Source: Paramecium tetraurelia (taxonomy: Eukaryota). From it: a stretch of DNA of 64,000 nucleotides. The position numbers were made by a program, and so were the translations under genes. Position 1 is the first letter of the stretch. Each line of letters starts with the position of its first letter. The stretch lies in the NCBI GenBank assembly GCA_000165425.1, contig CT867998.1, positions 1 through 64,000 of the forward strand, given 5' to 3'. The notes under the pieces were generated by a model. It was not told the DNA's origin. It was given only the letters and a program-made list of their open reading frames with translations, and did not search any database. Shown piece by piece: positions 14,114-25,596 of the stretch.

Positions 14114-15180
14114 ATTCTAACAATTTAGCTATTTAAACTTATTATTATTTACTTGTTAAGAATTTTTATTTTATTTTTTAGATAAGATATGATATATTGT
14201 ACTAATCAAAATTAGTTTTAGATTTTACTAGAATTATGTTCAAGTGTTAAAATTTTATCAACATGACAACATGAAAGAGTATTAAGTTAAGAAAATAATT
14301 ATTTTAATATTTAAAACAAAATATCAACTTCTTCACATGCATCCTCATTAGAAATTTTCCAAAATATTTTGAAAATAGTTTATTTACAGGGTAGTTTCGA
14401 ATTTCTATTCTATTCTAGTTTTAATTAATTTAATAATTTTTATTAATTTTAAAGCATTAATACATTACAATATTTACATTTATGAAATAGAGTCTACTTA
14501 TAAGAAAGCCTTTTAATTGTACATTATCATTTAATCATTCAAATATCCTTATATATTATAGTGTAGAATGCAAATAGAAATGAATCATTATAATTTAGCA
14601 AGCACCTAACATTGGAACTACTTCTTAGTAGCTATTAATTTATAGTTTCTCTATATTTCCATTAATAAATTGAATTGATATAATACGCAAATCATTAATG
14701 GTAACAATTTAAGTAGTTTGAGAATAAATACAAAGTATTTTAAATAGTAAAATTTTGATAGTAATTTTGTTCTTTGTAAGCAGATATGTGGAATATAGGA
14801 AAAATGGATTGCTAAGTAGATTTTGAAAAATAATAATAGAAAAATTTCTATTGAAAAACAAAGAAGAGAATTAAATTTGATTAGCTTAACTGTAATCTAT
14901 AATTATTGATGTTTAGGATATATTCAAATAGGATATTCAATTAAAATAACTAAATGAAGAATTTAGATTGGTTTCCTAATTTTTGGACAGGAGAAAAAAG
15001 GAGTTAGAATTCTAGAATAGGAACAAATGTAATTTAATTATCCTTTCGCAGAAAGGCAATCATAATAAACATAGTGGCAACTAAATAGGAATACGATTAT
15101 TGCAATAGCAGAGGAGAAGAAACTGAATAAAATAGAAATGAATTTATATAATTTCAATAAATGTATACTTTAAATATTAA

Positions 15181-15942
15181 ATGAAAATATTGTCTAAAGG
15201 TTGTGAGATAGTGGCTGTTTAGAATGAGAAGGTGCACTCTATTAAGAGTGAGCACTATCTGGAAAATGAAGATGTCGAATTATACATATTTTAGGATGAA
15301 AGTGTAAAATCCATAGAGTATATTCATTACAAAGACATTCTCAAGAAAGGTATAAGTAATTATATTCTAGGCGTGAAGAAAATAAGTGGATTAGGAGGTT
15401 TAGAGATAGTTATAACGCAATGTCTTAATCCAAATCAATTAAATATGGAATAAAATGACCAAGAGTTCAATTGTCATGCTGTTAGAAAATGGTTAAACTT
15501 TAAATCATAGAATTAGTTACATTAATTCAATTAACTCTACAGAACTCTTAAAGATGTACTATGTTATATAATTGGTTAGCTCCAAAACGCACAAGCAACT
15601 ATCACTCAAGTCAAATAGAATGATACAATTGAAGCTTTCCAAAGTTGCGTGGATCTCTCAGTTCTTTCTAATAGGAATGACAGTTTGAAGGAATTGGAGT
15701 AGCAATATGTCAAGGGCCAAATGAAATGGGCATAAATCGATATGGAAAATGCAGAATTGGCCACGAGAATCAGATTATTACAAGTTGAATTGCAATAAAG
15801 AAAGTAGGAAATCAATAAACTGAAATACCAATATGAAAACAATGCCTATTAATTATTATAATCAAAACAACAATTGGGAGATGTAATAAATCAGGCTATA
15901 GAAATTGGAGATTCCTAAATTTTGGCAAAACTTGGATTATGA
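15181..15942 (+). CDS. Hypothetical coiled-coil protein
   Basis: Open frame MKILSKGCEIVAVQ...LAKLGL-TGA with two short GT-AG introns. The C-terminal half is heptad-like (ENAELATRIRLLQVELQQRKQEINKLK). Confidence 0.75.
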
Positions 15943-15969
15943 ATATATATATATATATTTATAATTAAA

Positions 15970-16834
15970 ATGCTAAATATTACTAAGGCATTAAAAGACA
16001 GTGTTTCAATTGCTTTTTAGAAAGCCTTTGCTCGTCATCATGATATCTAAATCCTATTTCAAAATTTAAAGTATTCAACCTCTTGTCCAGCCACATTCTC
16101 AGAGTATTATAAGTCCAATTATGTAAACTCACTTTCAAATCATGTTAGTAAAAAGAATGGAAAGAAACTCTGCTCCCAAAAGATGTGGCTCATGAAATTT
16201 TGGTTCACTTTTAATCTCCAACTTGGAATCAATTCAAATTGGTTTCAAATATTGAAGTCACTCAATTAGGAGATTTACAATTTCAAATCAATAAATAATA
16301 TTATGAGCATCTAATAAAATAGATTGATAGTACTCCTTGGCCCAATCTTACTCCTATTTACAAAACTACCAACATTTATGGTCCATTTATTAACTTGAAT
16401 GGTCCATTGAATAAAACAGAGTACTTTCTCCATATTATTTAGTTTGAGAGGACTTCATATTTAGAATAGATTGTATTGTATCTTGTCTAAATTAAGTGAA
16501 AATTGCAATAAATTTAATAAAATTACTAATTAAATAAGTAAGAATGATTATTTGATTCTTCCAGCCAAAGTAATTAGATTTTATGATTAGATTGTTTGCC
16601 AATCCATTCAATTCATATCATTGGGGATACAATTAAGTCTTGAATGAGTCACTTCATTTTGATTCCAAAGATCCCATAACTCCGCTTTATGGCATTGATG
16701 ATGTAGAACCATTGATTCCAAGTGTTGAATTACTTGCTCATTTTCCTTAAGTCTTAGTTGAGTGTTTAGAAACCAAGTCATTTAAACAATTATACTAATT
16801 TGAGTTAACGTATCCAAAATATTTATTAAAATGA
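15970..16834 (+). CDS. Short arginyl-tRNA-synthetase-like protein with no intact catalytic motifs
   Basis: LKDSVSIAFQKAF..PKDVAHEILVHF..VSNIEVTQLGDLQFQIN resembles the ArgRS N-terminal domain. NGPLNKTDLRGLHIQNRL sits at the HIGH-motif position and LLAHFPQVLVECLE is DALR-like. Two clear introns; one junction at ~16570-16670 is unresolved. Confidence 0.5.
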
Positions 16835-16956
16835 CAATTTAGTTATGAAATAAGATAGTTTTATATTTTTTTAAATTTCCACCCATTAAGATGCTAAGAT
16901 ATCATTTATTAATTATTATTTCAAAAAATTTTAAAATACTTTTTTAAAATTCCAAA

Positions 16957-17169
16957 ATGGGTTGTCATAGCACAAAATTAAAAAAGCATCCAACATTCAT
17001 TTAAAACAATCATGAACCTGAGAATGAATTTACAATCAGTTGGAGCAAGAAGAAACTCACAAAATCGAAAACTCATATCGAAACCAAATAGGAAAAACAG
17101 ACTTATCGTCTCGATAAAAATCCAATACTCCAAAGGAGATAACAACGGTAGACTCAATCTGTTGCATGA
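16957..17169 (+). CDS. Small (70 aa) protein with an N-terminal MGC acylation motif
   Basis: Intronless ORF MGCHSTKLKKHP...DKNPILQRRQQRQTQSVA-TGA. MGCxxSK-like start fits myristoylation/palmitoylation. Confidence 0.7.
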
Positions 17170-18710
17170 ATGTTTTGATTATATTATTCTTTTCTTTTTT
17201 AACTCCTTAAAATTTTACTGTTTCATTTTTATTCTTACTACTCCTCAAAATGACCATGCTTGTAACTCTCGCAATTATACTATGCTTCATAAAATTAATT
17301 CATTAATTGCACAATCACTCATCTGATTGATTGTTAATAAAATCTTATATAATTTTATGATCATTCTTTGCTTCCCTGCTGGTATATTTATATTTATAAT
17401 CAATATTCTTTTGCGAATTCCTTATTTTATATTAAAATATTTGATATTTTTGTTTCTCATCCAAATACCAACTTATTCAAAGAATCAGAATACAAGATTG
17501 ATAAATTTGAGATTCTCTACATTATTTTCTCTATTCTTATATAACTATATACTTGTACTTATTAAAACTCTTAAAATCTATAACCAATCAACAGAACAAA
17601 AGAATTACAATTGTTTCAATATAAATCAAATTTCCATCGTTTTAACAAGAAATGGTACTTGAATTACCATAACTTAATGGTTGTTTATACACTATATCAA
17701 AATTTAAAACAGTCGAAATTATATATTTAGAACCTTATCTAAAATCAAGGACAGAATTCATATCGCTGAACTATTCAAATATATAATATAGATTCTCAAT
17801 TAAAACTGAATAAAATTACTAGAAGTGTGTGAATCCATAAGTAATTTTGGCAGATTAAGGAATCCTTTTAAAAATGATATTTAGATGAAATGTTCCATAA
17901 AAATCCAAGCACTTTATCATCACTCAGCTTGGACCAATTAAAAGAAAATTGATTTTGGATTCCATTCAAGAACTCAATAAAACGTAGACTTAAGCCATTC
18001 ATCACTTTGAATTGCTAATCATTAGATCATTTAAATGAATGTGTAAATCATAATTAGAAAAAAATTTGAAGGAGATTAACTAGCCAATTATTATAAACAG
18101 ATCTTTCCTTTGGAATGATTCAATAGTCAAATATTTTTGGCTATTAAATTAAAGAAATATTACAAATAATTAAAAATTTTCGAGCAAATACTAATTTGCT
18201 TTACTATAATTATTAAAGGACGTATAAAAAATGATTATATATTTCATGTTATAATAAGGAGAACTTTAAATAGAATTAATATAAACTCAAATGAGCTTGC
18301 ATCTGAGCCTTTAGAATGATTTCAAAAAAATAGTAATTTTGAGTTTAATTTCTAAACTTAAAATTGTATAAAATTTTAAAGATATGTATTTTATATTGAA
18401 TTGCCTCATTTTGTATGAAATAATAAAGTATAAATTTCATTTGTCTAATATTAATTTTTTCTTATTGATTAAATCTTAATTAATGAACAAAGTTTCGTTC
18501 AAAATTCTAATATTAAAGAATCATTAATGTTCAAATGTCTAATCCATCCTTAATAGCTAAAGTTTTCTAGTATATAAAGATTCCACATCTTTAGGGCATT
18601 AACCTCTTTCAATAATATCAGAAGCATTTGATTTGTAAAATGCGCTTTATTTATATGATAAAAATAAAAATTGTTAACAAGTAAATAATAATATCCTAAA
18701 TCATTAAAAT

Positions 18711-19940
18711 TCATATCAAATCGTTAATCAATAACAATATTTTGTACATGAATATTGATTCTACTCCATCTTTTATAATTTGTTATTAAATTTTTCCTAT
18801 TGCTGAAAATATATAATTATTAATTTGAGAATCCTTTTGATACTAATACGTATTATAATAATGTCTAACTTGTGGAGATTAAAGTATAGATTTAACGATA
18901 TATTATTGAAGTTGTATGATTTCTTCTTCATCTATTTCAAATTTAAAATCCTTTTCGTACTGTTGAATAAAATATATTATCAAGTTTTTAGTTTATTGTT
19001 CTACTAATATTTATAGATCTTATTCTTAATCTTGTAATTATTTGAATTTATTCTAAGCATAGGTTTCATAACTCTATCTATTGAATGAAAAATTTGACAA
19101 ATTTTGAGTTATTTTTGTAATTGCATCTTACAATAATAATTCAACACAAACTTATCCATATGTATTTCCAATTTCAATAATTTATTTTATGATATTATTA
19201 ACTTCACCAATCACTTTTTATCTTTCTGGTTCAATATCTGTATCATCAAGATTCAATAATTAAACAAGCTTATTCTCAATATATTTATCTTCTTTATAAA
19301 AACATATTGTGTTTTCAAGATAAAGGATGATTACTGGAATACTTGAGTTTGTTTTACATAAAGCATAAATTTGTTCTAATATCTCTTCGCATATTTATTT
19401 GTTCTTATCTTTATTTTTTTACTACTTTATTCTATTTGAACATGAATTAATGATTTAACATATGATTTCTTGAATTTAAATAGATGCTTTTTATTTTACT
19501 CCAAACACATACTTTAATGGACATGAATATCCAGTGAAATGAATTGAATAATGTAATATTTAATATATTAGACCTGGATATTAACTTTCTTCTTTAAAAT
19601 ACAGCCAAATTCTATTAATATCCAGATATTCATGTTCAAGTCCTTAGCTTTCTATTAATTCTACCTTTTTTAATATAGATAGAATTAAATGAAGCAATTA
19701 ACCAAATTGAATCCTAACAAAGTCTATTTACTATAAATAAATGAAGGTATATATAATTACAATGTAAAATAGGAGATCACTTAATCTTATACATCTACTG
19801 TGATTTATATTGAAAGTAATCATATTATTAGGCGAATCAAATTTTCCTGATTGAAAATCATCTAAACTTAAAGAATTCATCAAGTTATCATAATTTTCAA
19901 AAGTATAAACCTCTTGTGATTAATAACAAAATTTTAACAT
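18711..19940 (-). CDS. Uncharacterised pseudokinase-like family member A2, intact (399 aa)
   Basis: MLKFCYQSQE..SRCIRLSDLLFYI, then a 30-nt intron, then ..GQLL..EHEYLDINRIWL..IHFTGYSCPL...LLINDLI-TGA. 1230-30 = 1200 nt in frame. Confidence 0.85.
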
Positions 19941-22125
19941 TATAATAATATCTCTATTAAATTTTATGATAATTATATATCTTCTATCTAATAAAAATAA
20001 ATAGAATTATGTAATTACTAATGTTATTGTTAAATTATCAATACTTTATATTTTCTCTATATAATTATTCTAGTTTTAAGTAAAATCTTGAGAATTAATC
20101 TTAATGTTATTCTTCCATTCTAAATTATCCTTATAGAAATAGTTTGATTTGATTATGTTAGATATATTAATCAAAAATACTCAAAATTTGCATAATCATT
20201 CGTTTGAATATGCAATATACAATTTTATTTGATTCTTTTCATGTATAATAAAGTGAATTAATTTTGTAAATGTATGATACATTATATTTGTTGTCTCCTC
20301 CAAAGTAGTATTTTAAAATTTCTTTTCATCCTTAATAATTCATCAAAATTATATAGGTTTGAACAGTATTTGATTAGACAAGAATTTATAAATATGATTT
20401 TGCCATTTTCTTTTTATTTATTTATAAAGATCTTCATTGTAAAATATTCAGAGAAGGCAATAAATTATATTTAGTAGATGCTTAAAGTTACAAAAATACC
20501 ATCTTCATAGCAGAAGCACACATTATTTGATTAAATGTGTACCAAAAATATAAATACAACTCTTCAATGTAGAATGAAAAAGGAGAAAATTTTATCATAT
20601 GCAACTCTGTCTTCAAAAGAGATAGGATTGCTAATTGGATCTAAATAATGCATTCTATGATTTATTTAGTTTTGAAGTGAATTCCTTTAAGTTCAAGTAT
20701 CTTTGGTAGATTTTATCTGTTTATGGTATTAAATCATCACTGGAATTAAGAAAATACTAATGAAACTTTAGAAATTTTGAAAAAATCTTAACTCTCATAT
20801 TTCCTTTTAGATATGAGATAAGAAGGGTGAAAAAATTGTAGATTGTAAATAATGATAACTATTTTTAAATGGGACAACCCTCACTTTGCAGTTATGATTA
20901 ATAGTTTCTATAATTATTTGATCCAGATATCTCTTAAGAATTATTATTTAGTGCAAATGGTGAATAAAATTCCATCATAATTGATGGTGTATCGGTAACT
21001 GGTAATAATTTGGTGTTAAAATTATTATCTCAATAGAGTAAAATAAGTTATTTGTAAAATTAGTTTAAGTGTCATTTCGAAAATTACCTCACCATTTTTA
21101 TCTGGATATTAAATATATCATCCATAATGCATTATTCAACCTGCAGTTTATTCAAACAATGATAAATCAAGAAAGTAATATACTAACTACTCCTAAGTCC
21201 TCCTTAATTTATTTATAATACGTTAATAATGTAGAATATAGAGAACGGCTATAGACTTTAGATTTTATTTATTTTTATATTTAAAGGGATGCGTTGCTCT
21301 TTTATCCATCAGAAAAATATATAATAACATCTTGTAATATCATTTTAGATGATGAAAAGTATTTCCCAAAACTAATACATTCTATATCTAAAAAGAAAAA
21401 GACATAGATATAATTAATTTAAGAAATTCTATTTAGGTATGATAATTTACAGAGTCCAAGGTTAACGGAGTAATTATAGTGTTTAGCTTTTGAATGGGTT
21501 ATTATTATTTTAGTTATAATATACAAAAGAGAAATGAGATTGAGTGTAAGAATTTTTTCAAGCCAAATCTTATAATTAACAAACAAAAATGTAAAAAAAT
21601 CAAATCTGGACTCCGAAAAGAGTTGGAGAATTTTTTTCTGGTATTATTATAGTCCTTTTTACACTTAGTAATTGCGCTATTTACAGATATTTAAGGTTAA
21701 CTATCCTTAGATCTCAATGTTATCCGAATTTTCGGAATGTTTAAAGAAAAGAAAACTATAAAACCTTTATATATCACATCTTAATTTTATTTGATTTATA
21801 TTTTGGAGGGATATAGAAACCATTAGTTTTTACTAGAAAAAAATCGTTCTTGTCTTCTTCTCAATTAGAGAGCAATAGTACCCAAATTATTTTCTGCTAT
21901 GTATTTGAATTTTATTATTTCTGTCAATAATTATATTAGATAAAGACCCAATAATAGATCTAACTAAATTTATTAAATATCTGTTTGACATTATTGGAAA
22001 ATTTTAAATACTGAGAGATTCATTTTGTTAACAAATTTCATTGCAAATATTAATTTAAAACCATGTATGTATAATTTAACATTTTAATAGAAATAACTTA
22101 ATATTAATTAAATAAAGAAAGGAAA

Positions 22126-23360
22126 ATGAATGGAATGGCATATAAAATTTTTCAATACTATTCTTATAAGGACTTAAAATCATTGTAAGATATTCTGAAA
22201 ATTGATTCGATTGGATTTGTAAATATTGATGAAGATGAATAAATTATTGAATATGAAATCGATCGATCCAAATGTTTAAGATTAAGCGATCTCATTTTAA
22301 TGATTGTATAATTTATTTATTAAGCCTTATTAGAACCAAGGGTTTTTTCAAATTTATTTAGGACAACTATTAGGCGTATTTCTTGATCTGTTAAGAAAAG
22401 TGATATCATTAAAAAATTAACACAACATTGATCATTAATATCTTGATGACAATAGAATTTGGTTGGTATTCTAAAATCCTAATAAATGTATAAATTTTGA
22501 TTACTAAAAAATTGAATACAAAATTGTATTTACAGGATATCAATGTTAACTATACGAGGAAAGTTCAGAAATAAAAATACCTGCAGAATAGAAAGTATAA
22601 AGGATTATTAAGGATATATTAATTAATTTCAAGAATAAAAATACTTTTATTAATTCTTCTGAAAAAGATAAAATCATTAAATTCATTTATGATCCAATCA
22701 TTTAAGAATGTGATAAAATGAATATTTAAAACACTCTAAATTTGATTCTAGAAATTTTTTATAAATTTAAGTTCAACAGTGAAGAATAGACTATTGCAAT
22801 AGATCAAACCAAAATTAAAATTGACAAAACAAATTTATATTTAGTACAAAATAGTTTTAAGGATTTCATTGAAAATTTAAAAGGAGAGAGTTCATTTATT
22901 TTAGAAACTTTCCTATTTTTTCAGTTAAAATCATTTACAAATATGCTTGATAGAAGGGGTAGTGAATTTTACAAAGTTGGTAAAAAGGAAAATTGAAAAA
23001 GGATTGTAGATGATGAAATAATTCTATGAGAAATATTAATGCTCCTTTGAGAAGAATATATAAAGTATTATTTAAACATAATTTGAAAATATTTTAAAGT
23101 AATAATTGGAAAATTATAAATTTGAGATTTCTGAAGAGGAAAAATTAGAATTAATTACAAGCATATCAAATAGAATTTTGAATATGAAATTGAATAAATA
23201 CTTTTATAATTCACCACATTATTTTATCAAAGCAGATACAAAATAAATTGTAGAATATCAAACTAATTTACTTTCTAAATTATCATAAAGTATAATTTAA
23301 GAAGAAGTAGAACTATAAATCGATTTTAAAAATTATGAACTAATGTAATAAATAATTTGA
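22126..23360 (+). pseudogene. Pseudokinase-like family member B1 with a +1 frameshift (real lesion or consensus error)
   Basis: Reverse complement of 24238-25471 with an extra A (ggaaaattga vs ggaaattga), giving a premature TGA at 22994-22996. Length is 1235 vs 1234 nt. Confidence 0.65.
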
Positions 23361-24237
23361 TATTTAAAATTTTTTTCACCTACCTTCATTTTGTAATCTT
23401 GAAGTATTTATTCTAATTTTTTGTTTTAAGTAATTTATTTTCGAATCTGTAACTCCAAAATTTTCTTAATTTATCATAATGTCACTTAAACAATACAAAA
23501 TTGGAAATTAAATTTGAATATAAATCAATAGAAAAGTTATTATATTGGGTTTAGATTTGATCTAGTTCTATTTAACTAAATAATTAATTATTGTAGAAAT
23601 CTAAATAAGTTAGTAATGCAACTTGTAAATCTATTCATTAATTGCAAATACCCTTAATATCCTTGAAAAATAATCAACCTAAATTATCATTGTAGCTACT
23701 GATATCGATTAATGAATATAGTCTCATAGGTTTCCTTGTTTAATGAGTGGGACTGTATTTGTAGTGCTTTTGTAAACCTTAGGTTGCATTTGTTAATTTG
23801 AATTAACCCTAGGTTCGTATTATTTAAAAGATAAATAACAATTTAATACAAGCAAAATACTTGATATAACCACCCACAAGATTTAAGATAATATTTGGTA
23901 TTTTAAGAGAGAAATAGATGTTATTCACAACTTGAATATTGATAGAGATTTTCTAATGAAGTACTAATTAAATTGAAAAATAACTTTAATAAACTATAAA
24001 CTTTAAAAAAATTATTACAGTGACAATTCCTTATAGTAAAATATTAATTAAGGGTATTCCTAATTAGCAGGCAGTAAATCGAAAGTGAAATTAATGAAAT
24101 TGTTCTCATTTGCACGAATAATTTAATTTTTGACATAGCATAAATAATTTGATTTGATAAAATGAATGTAAAAAAAATCTTATGAAAATTAAATCTTTAA
24201 TTGAAGAAATATAAAACATTGTAAAAATAAATAATTT

Positions 24238-25471
24238 TCAAATCAATTCATTAATCAACTATAATATTTTTAAATCAATTAATAGTTCCACTTCTTCTTT
24301 AATTATACTTTCTGATAATGTAGAAAATAAATTAATTTGATATTCTAAAATTTATTTTGTATCTGCTTTTATAAAATAATGTGGTGAATTATAAACGTAT
24401 TTATTCAATTTCATATTCAAAATTCTATTTGATATGCTTGTAATTAATTCTAATTTTTCCTCTTCAGAAATCTCAAATTTATAATTTTCCAATTATTACT
24501 TTAAAATATTTTCAAATTATGTTTAAATAATACTTTATATATTCTTCTCAAAGGAGCATTAATATTTCTCATAGAATTATTTCATCATCTACAATCCTTT
24601 TTCAATTTCCTTTTTACCAGCTTTAAGAAATCCACTAACCTTTCTATCAAGCATATTTGTAAATGATTTTAACTGAAAAAATAGGAAAGTTTCTAAAATA
24701 AATGAACTCTCTCCTTTTAAATTTTCAATGAAATCCTTAAAACTATTTTGTACGAAATATAAATTTGTTTTGTCAATTTTAATTTTGGCTTGATCTATTG
24801 CAATAGTCTATTCTTCACTGTTGAACTTAAATTTATTTAAAATCTCTAGAATTAAATTTAGAGTGTTTTAAATATTCATTTTATCACATTCTTAAATGAT
24901 TGGATCATAAATGAATTTAATGATTTTATCTTTTTCAGAAGAATTAATAAAAGTATTTTTATTCTTGAAATTAATTAATATATCCTTAATAATCCTTTAT
25001 ACTTTCTATTCTGCAGGTATTTTTATTTCTGAACTTTCCTCGTATAGTTAACATTGATATCCTGTAAATACAATTTTGTATTCAATTTTTTAGTAATCAA
25101 AATTTATACATTTATTTGAGTCTTGGAATACCAACCAAATTCTATTTTCATCAAGATATTAATGATCAATGCTATGTTAATTTTTTAATGATATCACTTT
25201 TCTTAACAGATCAAGAAATAAGCCTAATAGTTGTCCTAAATAAATTTCAAAAAACCCTTGGTTCTAATAAGGCTTAATAAATAAATTATACAATCATTAA
25301 AATGAGATCGCTTAATTTTAAACATTTGGATCGATCAATTTCATATTCAATAATTTATTCATCTTCATCAATATTTACAAATCCAATTGAATCAATTTTC
25401 AGAATATCTTACAATGATTTTAAGTCCTTATAAGAATAGTATTGAAAAGTTTTATATGCCATTCCATTCAT
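24238..25471 (-). CDS. Uncharacterised pseudokinase-like family member B2, intact (401 aa)
   Basis: Starts MNGMAYK. Contains SKCLKLSDLILMI, a 28-nt intron at the same position as in A2, then GQLL, DHQYLDENRIWL and IVFTGYQCQL, ending LQLINELI-TGA. Confidence 0.85.
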
Positions 25472-25596
25472 TTTCCTTTCTTTATTTAATTAATATTAAG
25501 TTATTTCTATTAAAAATAGTTTTCATTATAAATTACAATTAATTAAAATAAATTTCTAATATTTCTATTTATAATTTCATAGATGTAAATTATTTA

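Larger units (their letters stand above)
12796..20036. repeat. Inverted repeat pair A: arms ~12796-14113 and ~18711-20036, ~4.6 kb spacer
   Basis: Direct reverse-complement matches over the whole gene, the intron and ~100 bp upstream, e.g. 12901-12970 vs 19861-19935 and 13921-14113 vs 18711-18905. Confidence 0.95.
22082..25515. repeat. Inverted repeat pair B: arms ~22082-23360 and ~24238-25515, ~0.88 kb spacer
   Basis: Reverse-complement identity across the gene, the 28-nt intron and ~45 bp upstream, e.g. 22541-22740 vs 24860-25055. Confidence 0.95.

Noticed and set aside
20274..22050. Coding-like fragments, possibly a large membrane or surface protein
   Set aside because: There are multiple TGA stops and no coherent model; it is probably a decayed gene, but I cannot support a product.
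12796..25515. Inverted repeats as transposon terminal inverted repeats
   Set aside because: The arms are whole intron-containing genes, and I saw no transposase motif in the spacers and no target-site duplication.
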